DNA from: Octopus vulgaris
Taxonomy: Eukaryota
Length of the DNA: 64,000 nucleotides
Direction: 5' to 3'
Assembly (NCBI GenBank): GCA_951406725.2
Contig: OX597818.1
Location: 142,600,001-142,664,000, forward strand
The notes below the pieces were generated by a model, which was given only the letters and a program-made list of their open reading frames with translations, ran no database searches and was not told where the DNA came from. Below, piece after piece: positions 38,965-50,812 of this stretch (positions within the stretch are counted from its first letter, which is position 1; each line of letters begins with the position of its first letter). Both the position numbers and the translations under genes were made by a program.

Positions 38965-39182
38965 AGACGATGAGCTGGCAGAATTCGTAGAGTGCCGGGC
39001 AAATTGCTTAGCAGCATTTCGTCTGTCTTTACGTTCTGGGTTCAAATTCTACCGATCTCGACTTTGCCTTTCGTCGTTTCGAGATCGCTAAAATAAGTAC
39101 GTAATAATCACTGGGATCGATGTAATCGACTTACTTACTCCCTGCCACGAAACTGCTGGCCTTGTGCTAAAATTTGAAACCA
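38965..39182 (+). mobile_element. Family A-related SINE
   Basis: gagctggcagaat..ggttcaaattc..actttgccttt..gctggccttgtgctaaaatttgaaacc. Confidence 0.85.
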
Positions 39183-39697
39183 TTAATAAAAGGCACGTAC
39201 TTTCATTGAAAAAACTAATATAACATTTTACAATATATTTCGTGTTGTTTTTGAGATTACTTGTTTTATTTATTTGTACTTTCTATAGTGATCCAGTTTT
39301 TCTTTTCTTTTTTCCTTCTGTAAATGCTGATAGGGAAAATCGTAAACATTTTAAAAAGAAAAGATGTGTGACAAACTTTAAGTGTTGCTTCGTCGGTTCG
39401 AAGTGACACTGTGTTAAGGGAGGTAACTCATTGCAAAATATCATTCATTCATTCTGATGTCATTCGTTATTCCCTGACAACGGTTCTCAACCGTTCTTTG
39501 TTGCCTTTGATTCCTATTTTACTCGGATGGATCCTAATAGACAACCGATGTTTAAAAAAAATCCTATTATATTTTTTAAATTAAACAACATTAGGAACTG
39601 TATAAAAAATAGCTAAGATTTTTTGTTTTGTAAAAGTATAACCAAATTATAATAAAAATAATAATAATAATAATAAATTATTAATAATAATAATAAT

Positions 39698-40115
39698 GGC
39701 GATCTTTCGTCTCTAGTAGACCTTTCCGTCGATTTCCGTAAAAAAAAATTTTTTTTTTTTACGTATGGGCTTGCGGGAACTTTTGAAGTAATACACATAC
39801 ACCGAGTAAAAAATTTCAGTTATCTCTTTCTTTCACACATTACTCTGTCTCTTCACACACACTAACAGAAGCACTTCACTTACACAACATACTGTCTGTC
39901 TCCCACACCCCATCAAACACACACACACACACACACACATGTACATCAATGCTTCCCCTGGATGGTAACTTCAAAAGAACTTCCCTCGTCATACAATCGC
40001 TTTCTCTTAGTCTCTTTTGCTCTCATTACTTCAAAAGTTCCCGCAAGCCCATATGTAAAAAAAAAATTTTTTTACGGAAATCGACGGAAAGGTCTACTAG
40101 AGACGAAAGATTGCC
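39698..40115. mobile_element. MITE with TIRs of about 95 bp (GG...CC ends, 8-bp TSD; Merlin-like), copy 1
   Basis: TIR ggcgatctttcgtctctagtagacctttccgtcgatttccgt..; TSD ataataat/aaaataat. Confidence 0.9.
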
Positions 40116-41806
40116 AAAATAATAATAATTATTATTATTATTGCACATAAATTTTAACAGAATCTTATGTGGACTCCCAAGGGTCTATTAAATCGTAAAT
40201 TCAAATTGTGAAATTTTTTTCCTTTTGCAATTTTTGTTGTTCGACTAAAGATAGTTCATTCTAGACGCTTCATATAAGAGGGAATGCCTACATCAACACT
40301 CGAGCGTTTAGAAATAGCAGCTAAATTTCACTCAAATCACACTTTAGAGCCTGAAAAGAAGGACGAACAGTAGCTAATGCACTTCACTGTTTGAAAAATA
40401 AATAAAAACATAAAATAAAGGGTTGTCATAGGTGAAATTCTTTTGATATGAGATATCTAAATCTCTAAACCACCTTTTACTTGCAAATTTCGTGTCAGGT
40501 TTAGAAATTACCTTCCATTTATGAATTCATTATTTTAAAACGGTAGAAAGATTGGTACAGACAGACAGGTAAATAGACAGACATATATAATTTGATTGCT
40601 TAAATGTCAAGAAAGCCAGCTAGTTTGTTAGCAACAGATAACAGCTTTTACAAAAAATATTAGCCTGTTGCTCATCGCATTAATAGCAATGTAGGTTCCT
40701 TAGCAAAACAATACTATAGGGTCACCATATACGCAACCTATGTCAAAGTCATAACATAAATAGATTAGCATTGGTTCCTTAGAATCGTGGGAGTCTCGAG
40801 CAAGAGCCCAGTGTGCCCGTGCCGTTAGATATGTAGACTTCTCTCGTTCGAATAATGTACATTAATAAAGTGATTTCTCTTCTGTTGAATTTGTAGAGTA
40901 AAAGAAATTAAAGTATTAATTTTTATTTATTGATAATCGAACAGTACTTTTCCCGAATCACAATCCTTTGGGATGGTTGTGTACATTTGAGTGATTCCGG
41001 TTTCGGATCTCAACTGGATTCTCTTTCCGCTTATCACAGATCCCAATTACATTTTCGCCTTTTCCTTTTTCGCATTTTAAAAAATTCTTTCTCTGGTACA
41101 ATTTCGTTTTACAATCTACAATAACTGTTTACCGGGCCCCTTTGAATGTGTGTTTTAGTAGAGTTAACATGTAGAGTGCGGGCCCTGCACTCTACAATAT
41201 ATACAGTACCTAAGGTGGTGAGCTGGCAGAATCGTTAGCACGCTGGGCAATTAGTCCGTCTTCGCGTTCTGAATTCAAATTCCGCCGAAGTCGATCAAAT
41301 TTTGGTCTTGATCTAATTGACTTATTCCTTTCCTGAAATTACTGGCCTGGAGCCAAAATTTCAAACCAATACCTACAGTGGCTCTATGTAAATTTCTTAT
41401 TCCATTTTAGTTAGATTCTTAATAATCTTAGCACTGTTAAAGGACTAAGCAGGTGTGAACAATCATTTTGCGTACATATTTCCACACCTGGAATTTTTTG
41501 CCAACCAAGAATGTTATCAAATGACCGTGTTTTCTGGCATATAAGGCACACTTTTTTCCCAGAAAGTTCCCCCCAAAAGTCATCCTGCGCCTTGTGTGTT
41601 GAAGTCAGGTTTTGGGTAGACTTGGTTTGTGTTATTAACGATGGACAATGCTTGGTGATGGTGGAGGTCAGCGGTGAATATTTGGTAGTGTTAAAGTAAA
41701 TAGTGTATCTGAGCCTACTATAACAGGTTACCAAAAGGCATCTATCTACATTTTCCTTGTTCCTATACATAAAGATGTGTGAGACATTCAACTAGAGGAT
41801 TTGGGG

Positions 41807-41962
41807 CAGGAGCGGACGGAGCCGTCGGTCAATCGGGCATTGCCCGAACGCCCGGAGCTCTGAGGGGCCAGCACTCTACATGATAACTCTACTAAAACAC
41901 ATTCAAAGGGGCCCGGTAAACAGTTATGCCCGAGGACCCTTAATACTCTCAGTCCGTCCCTG
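41807..41962. mobile_element. Short hAT-like MITE
   Basis: TIRs caggagcggacgga / tcagtccgtccctg; degenerate 8-bp TSD atttgggg/attccggg. Confidence 0.7.
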
Positions 41963-42139
41963 ATTCCGGGTTAGCTGTAGATTTTTTTTCCTCCGCAGAT
42001 CAGGTTTGCCAAAATTGGGGTTAAGCTTTATATGACCGAAAATGCGGTATATATTATTTCATAAACGAAAAAACACGTCTTTCTATCTTGAGACAAATTG
42101 ATTTATTATAGCCCTTCGTTGTACGAATTATTCCCCTGA

Positions 42140-42185
<46 letters not shown>

Positions 42186-42297
42186 GTATAATTTGAAAAT
42201 AGGATAAAATCTTTATAAGAATTTATCAAGTAGTTAGCGTGAAAAACCTCATAAGGGAAAATTTATTAATTATTCCCTTTAAATATATATATTTATA

Positions 42298-42443
42298 TTA
42301 AGGGCATTATTATACATAAATGCCTCACGCTGGAAGGGACTCTTAAAGTCAAAACTACCATAATAAATACATTTACATTAAGGTAGTTTTAACTTTAAAA
42401 GGCTCTCTTAGAGTGAGGCATTTATGTATAGTAATGCCCTTAA
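42298..42443. repeat. Imperfect inverted repeat with arms of about 62 bp, in a (TA)n context
   Basis: ttaagggcattattatacataaatgcctcac..aaaactacc / ggtagtttt..gtgaggcatttatgtatagtaatgcccttaa. Confidence 0.9.
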
Positions 42444-42758
42444 ATATATACACACACACAATGTGCTTTTTACACAGAATAGTGTCAAAACTTAATCAAG
42501 TTTTCTTCATTAACTATAACAGTTCACAAAAAATGGAGGACAGAACAAAGTGACATAATGTAGAGTTACATAAAAGCGTGTAAACAGTAAAATAAATTTA
42601 AACATAGAAGCAAAAGCTTCAAGCAAGAAATAAGTTCCCAAAAAGAAAGAACAACGGTCACCCTGACCACTAAGACGACTGCCCTCTAGCTTCTTCCCTC
42701 GTTCTGTAGAAAGCTAATAGGCGAACAAAGGGAGCGATCGCTCCTTGTGAGCATATTT

Positions 42759-43180
42759 GGCGATCTTTCGTCTCTAGTAGACCTTTCCGTCGATTTCCGT
42801 AAAAAAAATTATTTTTTTTACATATGGGCTTGCGGGAATGTTTGAAGTAATATACATATATATACACATACACCGAGTAAAAAATTTCAGTTATCTCTCT
42901 CTTTCACACATTACTCTGTCTCTTCGCACACACTAACAGAAGCACTTCACTTACACAACATACTGTCTGTCTCCCACACCCCATCAGACACACACACACA
43001 CACATATCCATCAATGCTCCATGCACGGTAACTTCAAAAGAACTTCCCTCGTCATACAATCGCTTTCTCTTAGTCTCTTTCGCTCTCATTACTTCAAAAG
43101 TTCCCGCAAGCCCATATGTAAAAAAAAAATATTTTTTTACGGAAATCGACGGAAAGGTCTACTAGAGACGAAAGATTGCC
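42759..43180. mobile_element. Merlin-like long-TIR MITE, copy 2 of 39698-40115
   Basis: Perfect 8-bp TSD gcatattt (42751-42758, 43181-43188). Confidence 0.93.
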
Positions 43181-43464
43181 GCATATTTTTCAAAATTGGC
43201 TCCTTTTCAACATTTAAAAAAAATTGTTTAGTTCACTTGTGGGATAAAAATCAGGGTTTTTTTTTATATAAATCACAAGGCCTTGGAAAAGCTTTCTAGG
43301 GTCATTACTTTATTTGACCCCGTGTTTTTGAACTGTTTCCTCAATCTCCTGTGATGTGTTGGTGGCTGCTGACATCTGAAGAACCAAAACAAGCCCCCGC
43401 ATCATTATCTCTCGACACTGGACGATCATCTTTACGTCACATCTATTATCAGTAGTGGTAAGTT

Positions 43465-43697
43465 GGCGGCGAGCTGGCAGAAACGTTAGCACGCCGGGCG
43501 AAATGCGTAACCGTATTTCGTCTGCCGTTACGCTCTGAGTTCAAATCCCGCCGTGGTCGACTTTGCCTTTCATCCTTTCTGGGTCGATTAAATAAGTACC
43601 AGTTACACACTTGGGTCTATATAATCGACTTAATCCGTTTGTCTGTCCTTGTTTGTCCCCTCTATGTTTAGCCCCTTGTGGGCAGTAAAGAAATATA
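43465..43697 (+). mobile_element. Full-length family A SINE
   Basis: TSD tatcagtagtggta(a/g)gtt at 43447-43464 and 43698-43715. Confidence 0.95.
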
Positions 43698-44504
43698 TAT
43701 CAGTAGTGGTAGGTTTCATACATAATGGCATTGTGACTGAAACACGAAATTAACGTAGAATACAATTATTTCGTGTAATATAAGAGAAATGAATTTTAAA
43801 TATTTATGTATGTGTCACGATGCCTTTTTTCATGTACTCGCTCCCCCTAACTTTAGAACCCGGCTACGCTTACTGTTCTCAGTCTACAGGAGCATACTCA
43901 GGGCAATCCCGTTCACTGGACCATCCACGCCGTTTGGCCTTATCCACAATACAACCTTTTTTGCCAAAGTCACCGGACAAAGACTGCCTGTCCCAATCTG
44001 CCAAAATAAGGTGTTGAGACGATCTTTACGGTGGACTCAGCTGATAGTCGGATCTGTCTTACATGCAACAGTAAGTGTTCGACATATGACCACAAGTCAG
44101 CAATACCTGGGTACTAGACAAATGCATGTAAAACAGTTTCGTTGCTCTGCATGCATTTCAGGCCGGCCTGGCTAAAGGCCCTTCTGTGCTTGTAGAGTTT
44201 ATCCTAACTAGCAATCCCCATCCCCAGTAGTACTACCATGCCAGTGAGTTCTGGAAGTTATCCCTAGGCCCTGGCCAGAAAGTTCTCCAGAACAGACCAA
44301 CCAGTTAATTTTCGCCGGCGCCCAACACTCCTCCAAAAACATACAGGAATAAACTCATTTAGTAAATACCCAATAAAATGAACAAACCCCAAATGTGCCA
44401 TAGAAGTCCGATACCCAACAGAACATGACCTGCACTGCACAAACAACGCACAATACAAAAACTAATACAACAGAAAGTTCAAACCAAACCCCATAACAAA
44501 ACAT

Positions 44505-44916
44505 GGATCTTTTCGGTTTGAACGGCAGTTTTTAACATAATTTCTAGGTAACTAAAAAATCTTTTACTTCGTATACTGGTAGAATGTGTTTATAAAACAT
44601 CTTTTTCTCTTGGCTTTATTGAGAAAATTCTATAGTTTGTAAGATATTTGTTGGTATTTTTTCTTCAATTTCTGCAATTTCAACCTATCAATTACGTCTA
44701 TTGAGGTAAAAAAAAAACATTCTGTGCCGTATGAATATGTCCCTCGTTTAAGAAACAGATTGGGTTTATTTACTTTTGTGAAGAAAAAAAGATACCATTC
44801 CCCCCACCCCTAAAACAGATAAAAATGCAATAGATCGATACTGGGGTCATAATTATGGGTGACAGTTTCATATGACACCGCTAGAAAAAAAACTGCCGTT
44901 CAAACCGAAAAGATCC
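44505..44916. mobile_element. Merlin-like MITE (GGATCTTTT TIR family), copy 1
   Basis: TIRs ggatcttttcggtttgaacggcagttttt; 8-bp TSD caaaacat. Confidence 0.93.
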
Positions 44917-45097
44917 CAAAACATACTGATGCAATACAATATTCCCCAAATGATAAAAAACAAAATAAAATAAAATAATGACGCACACACCTCACCTGCA
45001 CAAAAGTGCAGCAAGTGATGCCATAGAAAGTTACTTGAAACCGTCAGATTTCGAATAATAATGGTGGTGAGGACGATGGTGACGAGCGTTACCTTAC

Positions 45098-45212
45098 CTC
45101 AGTTTGAGTAGAAGCTCTAATCGTAACAGCGAAAATGAGGTTGGACCTTTAAGGGAAGATCTCTCGTTCGGCAGTGGTTCAGTAAAGATGCAAACTGACC
45201 ACAGCTGTTATC
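45098..45212 (-). other. Putative 115-nt exon with stops in all frames (UTR, poison or small-ORF terminal exon)
   Basis: Acceptor tgttgtcttAG and donor GAG|GTAAGG; frame 0 reads DNSCGQFASLLNHCRTRDLPLKVQPHFRCYD*. Confidence 0.45.
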
Positions 45213-45321
45213 CTAAGACAACATCAGCAGATAATAGACTAAGGAGGAGGAAACAGTATAGTGATGCAGGGCTACTTAGAAAGTGGACCTTTAAAAAAGG
45301 GGTTATAGAAAACGGATGCTA

Positions 45322-45600
45322 TAGAAAAATAGCAAAGTACCAAGACCTAGCCATTGAATTACAGAGACTATGGAAAGTGCGGGTAAAATGTATCCCACTA
45401 GTTATAGGTGCATTAGGAACTATCCCTAAAGATTTGAACAGATGGATAGAGGAAATGGGCATAATACCCAGTTTAGTACAGCTTCAGAAAAGTGTTATTA
45501 AGAACACCTCGGATACTAAAGAGAGTTCTTGGCATCTAAAGTTACTTGTAGCCCGATGTTAGGAGTTTTTCTTTTCCAACAGTTCTAATCTGTTGTGTGT
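45322..45600 (+). mobile_element. 3' fragment of a restriction-like-endonuclease LINE (R4/Dong-like)
   Basis: KIAKYQDLAIELQRLWKVRVKCIPLVIGALGTIPK..LQKSV, the KxxKYxDL and IPxVIGALG motifs. Confidence 0.85.
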
Positions 45601-45602
45601 AT

Positions 45603-46003
45603 ATATTTATATATAAAAGTGAAATTGTGTGCTGTCTGTCTCCTATGATTTAGATTCCTAACTACTCCCACATTTTGCGGTGCAGTTTAACCAAAACCGG
45701 GTATCTTATAGTCGTGATTCATATCGAGCCCTTCTGGGTATTAGCGCGCGTCTACGATGAGTCTACGATTTAAAAAAAAAATTTACCATCATTTTTTTCC
45801 CATTTTTAATGCATTTTTTTGCTAATATATAAGGGAAGTAATTCGCGTCTACGATGAGTCTACGATTTAAAAAAAAATTTACCATAATTTTTCCGCATCT
45901 TTAATGCATTTTCGCTCGGTTTATATAAGAGAAGTAACTCTCTACAAATGCTTATATATTTATTTCCCTTACAAACCCAAACAACGCCGGGCGATATTGC
46001 TAG
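45603..46003 (+). mobile_element. Non-autonomous Helitron
   Basis: 5' tatatataaaagtg; 3' ccc..caacgccggg hairpin remnant then CTAG|T; no TSD; internal duplication of about 100 bp. Confidence 0.78.
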
Positions 46004-46169
46004 TGAATAATAAAATGTGTTATTTTGTATTAGAGTTATTTTCTAAACGATAATTTCTTATGGCAATAAACGTACAATCTAGCACATTTATTTAGTGATT
46101 ATTTTATCGCTGTTAATTCAGCAAGTAAGGCCAAGGGTATTGCATTGGAGATGCAATATAAAGGTTATG

Positions 46170-46211
46170 CTTCGGTGAAAAGGTCAGAGTAAAACCGAAA
46201 CATGTTCGAAG
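46170..46211 (+). ncRNA. Degenerate minimal hammerhead-like motif (Penelope pLTR relic)
   Basis: cuucg-GUGAAAA-GGU(cagaguaaa)ACC-GAAACAUGU-U-cgaag, followed by aataaa; two core substitutions. Confidence 0.55.
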
Positions 46212-46321
46212 TTGTTTCCCGTAGATGTCGAAATAAATACAGATATTGTTAGTTGCTGATTAATATCGCTTTTTATTACACGCCATATTTATTTCTAGTT
46301 CGACTTCATTAATATTTCCAA

Positions 46322-46511
46322 CAAGGGAAAGGCAACGGCCGATACAGCTTGGCACCAGTGACGTCGCAACTCATTTCTACAGCTGAGTGAACTGGAGCAA
46401 CGTGAAATAAAGTGCCTTGCTCAAGAACACAACACGCAGCCCGGTCCGGGATTCGAGCTCACAACCTCACGATCGTAAGCTCGACGCTCTAACCACTGAG
46501 CCATGCGCCTT
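46322..46511 (-). mobile_element. Family D tRNA-derived SINE, CpG-intact
   Basis: ggcgcatggctcagtggttagagcgtcgagcttacgatcgtgaggttgtgagctcgaatcccggacc. Confidence 0.92.
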
Positions 46512-46994
46512 ATTCAATATGTTACTAATAACTTACATATTTATGTTGATGGTCATAACGTTCATTCTTCTTTGTTTTAACCGAGAAAACGATTCTAACA
46601 GAAGGATTCCAGAAAGAAACAGTCCTACTGCGTTGGCGATGTAAGCAATTCATCGATGCATTTATTTCTGTGTTTAAATATTGCATTCTCTTCTAGAACA
46701 TTTTTTTTAATAGCATGAAATTTATAAAACATTTGTATGACGAGCAAAACATCTGGAGAGAAGAATTGGGGTGAAAAAGAGAAGAGAGAGGGAAATTTAA
46801 ACAATAAGAATAAAAATGAAGAAATCAAACTTGGCGATAAATGTTTGCCCAAACCGATATTCGGATATATTTAAAAAGCATAAGCTTAATTTTTTTGTTT
46901 TTTTTTGTCTTTTGTTTAATCATATATTCAGCCATTACAGATTACCCCACCAAAATAGAAAGTGATTTTATTTAAACACCGAACATTTCCAGGT

Positions 46995-47140
46995 GTGTGT
47001 GTGTAGGAGGTTTGCTCCCCAACCACATGGTTTCGGGTTCAGTCACACTGCGCAGCATTTTGGACATGTGTCTTTCTATTATAGCTTCAGGCCAATTAAA
47101 GCTTACTGAGTGGGTTTGGTAAACGGAAACTGAAAGAAGC

Positions 47141-47186
<46 letters not shown>

Positions 47187-47805
47187 ATGACTGAATGTAT
47201 GTATGTGTCCCACCACCGCTTGACAAATGGTGTTGGTTTGTTTACGTTCCTGTGAATTAGCGGTTCAGCAAAAAGAACACAATAAAATAAGTATCCGCTT
47301 TAAAAAAATAGAACTGGAATCGATTTGTACGACTAAACCCTCTCTCCTAAACCGTACGCCTGCGTGGTCGCAGTCCAATGACTGGAACAAGTAAAATAAT
47401 ATATATATATACTTTTCATTTGTTTTTACTTGTTTCAGTCATTTGACTGCGGCCATTCTGGGGCACCGCCTGGAAGAATTTTAGTCGAACTTTTTGTAAA
47501 GCCTGGCACTTATTCTATCGGTTTTCTTTTGCCGAACCGCTAAGTTACAGAAATGTAAACACACCAACACTGGTTGTCAAGCAGTGGTGAGGGACAAACA
47601 CAGACACAAAGACACACACGCACTCACTCATTTACACACACATATATATTATATATATACGACGGGCTTCTTTCAGTTTCTGGCTACGAAATCCACTCAC
47701 AAGGCTTTAGCTAGCTCGGGGCTATAGTAGAAGACACTTGCCCAAGGCGCCATGCAGCGGTACTGAACCTGGAACCATGTAGTTGGGAAACAAGCTTCTT
47801 ACCAC
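46995..47805. mobile_element. Two family B SINEs tail-to-tail (46995-47396 on +, 47420-47805 on -)
   Basis: Similarity to other family B copies, in opposite orientations. Confidence 0.87.
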
Positions 47806-47819
47806 ACACACACACACAT

Positions 47820-47872
<53 letters not shown>

Positions 47873-48261
47873 AATTGAGATAGGGGTTGTAAATGCAACC
47901 CTCCATGGGACAACATATATCCAATATACTGCTAGTGAAGTACCCAACATAAATGTTAAGGATTGCGATGCAATCAATTCATTTACTGTATTATATGGGC
48001 AAAGGTAAAATGACTTACCACAAATTACTAATACAAGATCAGAAAATGGAGAAATACATCTAAATCAAATATCAATTACCAGATAATACTCAATCACATA
48101 AGAGACTGTAGTGTTAAACATAAAAAAGCAGAACAAATCAGTGTACATAAAGGAATGTACATAAAAAAGTGTATATAAAAGAGTAATGTTGTATAATAAG
48201 TAGAATATATATAAAAAAGAGAATATAAATATAAGTAAATATAAATATAAGTATAGATTAC

Positions 48262-48384
48262 ATCTTACAGCTGTTTCGGCCATGTAGATAAGTATGTCTC
48301 ATTTTACCAATATTAGCCTTTTATGGTAGGTCAATATATAGATATGAGACATTTACAAAAATATCATAAGGCCTCCTCGGAGAT
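48262..48384 (-). ncRNA. Hammerhead-like motif with an 88-nt stem II insertion, in a probable Penelope-like 3' region ending near 47872 in (TA)n
   Basis: aucu-CCGAGGA-GGCC[88 nt]GGCC-GAAACAGCUGU-A-agau; U4C variant. Confidence 0.68.
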
Positions 48385-49489
48385 ATACATATACATATGA
48401 GTGCATATACTCACACTCCAATACATATAAAAATATACATATACATAATAATGTAAATAAATAATATAAATTAGTAAACATATATATGTTCCACATTCAA
48501 TGTTTCAGTTCTTCAACTTAATATTGTGATAATAAACATACACATATTAGTACCTAGATGCAAATATACATAGTCAATAGTACATTACATTACTTCCTAC
48601 TAATTTCCAAAGTGTCATTAAAGTTAGCATCATTATCGTTGTCAATACCATTAATGCTACCATTATCATTCGTAATATTATTAATATCGCTTACGTTAGG
48701 ATCCGAAGTGGCACACATGTATGTCCGGGTTCCAGTTAGTAATTTTCCTTATGACATAAATACACTATTGGATTTGAATTTAAATTATCATTGTCTTCCT
48801 CATGGTTGGTCCGTTGAGAGCCGCCCGATCTCCCCCACACCGCACAAGAAAAACATCCACATCCAACCCTAAACCCACACGTCCACATAAAAACCCACAC
48901 ACACATGCACACACACATGAATACACCCCGACACATCCCTACACATTCACTAGATTGCAGAGTGCATGTCTGTCATCGCATGGCTTATAGACAAATCAGT
49001 ACAGGCAGCAATGTCTATACACTAACACACACACTCACACGCACATCCGCATATACTCATAAATATTAATACACTCTCATATACTGTATCAGGGAACATT
49101 CGCACACACATATATACATATTTAAATATATGTCTGCGCACTCATACGTACAAATAAAACCTATACTTATATCCACCCATGAATAAATATTTGCATATAC
49201 ATATATACATATCCAAATATGCACCTGCGTACTCACATGTATAAGAAAAACATACATCTGTACATCCACCCACGAATATACCTATACGTACAAAAACATA
49301 CATACGTACACATACACATTTTCACACACCTCGACACCTCAACCCACATCCACTAAATCATAAATTAAAATATATGTCTGCCCATCCAAAGACGTATATA
49401 TACATACACAAAAAGTAAACAGAAGTTACTATTAACTTCATTCGTCGTTCTGTTACAATTGCATGCAGAGGCCTTATTCTTGTTGCTTG

Positions 49490-49760
49490 GCTTTATTTGT
49501 CACTTTGTCTCGATAAGTGATTCTTAGGATCTCTCTGAGGCACCGCTGATGAAATACGTCGAGTTGGTGGGCGATTTTTGCTGTCATCTTCCAGGTCTCA
49601 GCTGCATAGATCGCTATTGGCAGTATTGTTGTTTTGTATAGACGAATCTTCAGCTCCATACTTATGTTATTGCTACACCAAAGTGTTGTCAGTCTTCTAA
49701 ATACTACCGCTGCCTTGTCAATTCTGCTGCTTACATCCATCTCGGCATCGCTGTTTTGCT
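49490..49760 (-). pseudogene. RTE-clade LINE post-RT fragment, a different family from the (GAT)n-tailed RTE
   Basis: DVSSRIDKAAVVFRRL..KIRLYKTTILPIAIYAAETW..LDVFHQRCLREILRITYRDKVTN. Confidence 0.88.
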
Positions 49761-49919
49761 TGTCACAATGCTTCCCAGATATGTGAGGTATGTGCATAAA
49801 GAAGGTCATGTATATGTGGAGGTGCAAAGAGGATATAGGCTGTTATATAATGCTGTGTATATAGTGTCCTCTATGTGAGGGTCATCTCTGTGGAGCTGTG
49901 TATATAGGATCATCTAGAT

Positions 49920-50232
49920 CAGGGGTTTATCTATGGACCCTTTGATTATTATTTTATTCTGGCGGACCCCCATACCATTCGATGTTTAAAAGTTTTATAG
50001 AAACTTCTTTCAAAATTCCTATTCTTTGTTTCAAACACTAACTTGTATAGGTTGAATTATGTAAAATGTTAGAAAAAGAAACCTGTTTCTTGTAATACAT
50101 ACCAATAGATACATCTAAAATAAAATTCTTCAGAGTCCTTTAAAATACTATTGTGAATCCCCAATTTACTACTTGTTAAGTGGACCCCCACCCCACCCCA
50201 AATCTTATATTGACTCCTGTTGAGAACCACTG
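49920..50232. mobile_element. hAT (Charlie-like) MITE
   Basis: Ends caggggtt.. / gttgagaaccactg; TSD atctagat/aactagat (NTCTAGAN-type). Confidence 0.85.
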
Positions 50233-50750
50233 AACTAGATGGAATTGAGAAATATTGAGGATTACTAAAATATTCCATATATTCTTTATCTGAATCCAAT
50301 ACAAGGAGATATACGTGAACACTGATTGGATGTGCTATTGGACTACCAACTCTTTGGCTCCTTGGTTCTGAGTTCAAACCAACTAAAGGCGTTTTGGTGT
50401 GCATTTTTGTAGAGCCTTATGACTTTACTGTTGACCAGGATTTACTTTTTATCAAAATAAAACCGGTCGAGAACAAGAGTTTTCTCAGGTCACGAGTAAA
50501 TGATCAGTGGTTCATATCGCAACAACATTCATGCGATGTGTCCATAGCTAAGCGGCTAAACTGTCACTAGAATGAGTAGCTTTAGCCCACCTCAGTAAAA
50601 AGAGAGAGAGAGATAAAAAAAAGTAGAGTTATTCAATAATTGTGGTACGTCTCGTTTGTCTGCTGTACAATTTTGATACTCCAACTGATATCGTGTGTTG
50701 AGAAAATACCGTAGTGTAAGCCAAACTCAGAGCCAGGGTCCATCACTTAC

Positions 50751-50812
50751 CTCGGTCAGCCTTATTAGTTTCAGGCTCTGGTTCTCATTACTGGCAGTGT
50801 CTGATGGTTGGT
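50751..50812 (-). other. Putative 62-nt exon (open frame xQPSDTASNENQSLKLIRLTE)
   Basis: Acceptor attgttgcAG and donor GAG|GTAAGT. Confidence 0.5.

Noticed and set aside
40600-40945. Possible solo LTR with aataaa
   Set aside because: No clear TG..CA ends with TSD and no second copy.
45104-45562. 152-aa ORF as a host gene
   Set aside because: Chimeric: the C-terminal half is a LINE fragment and the N-terminal half is antisense to a putative exon.
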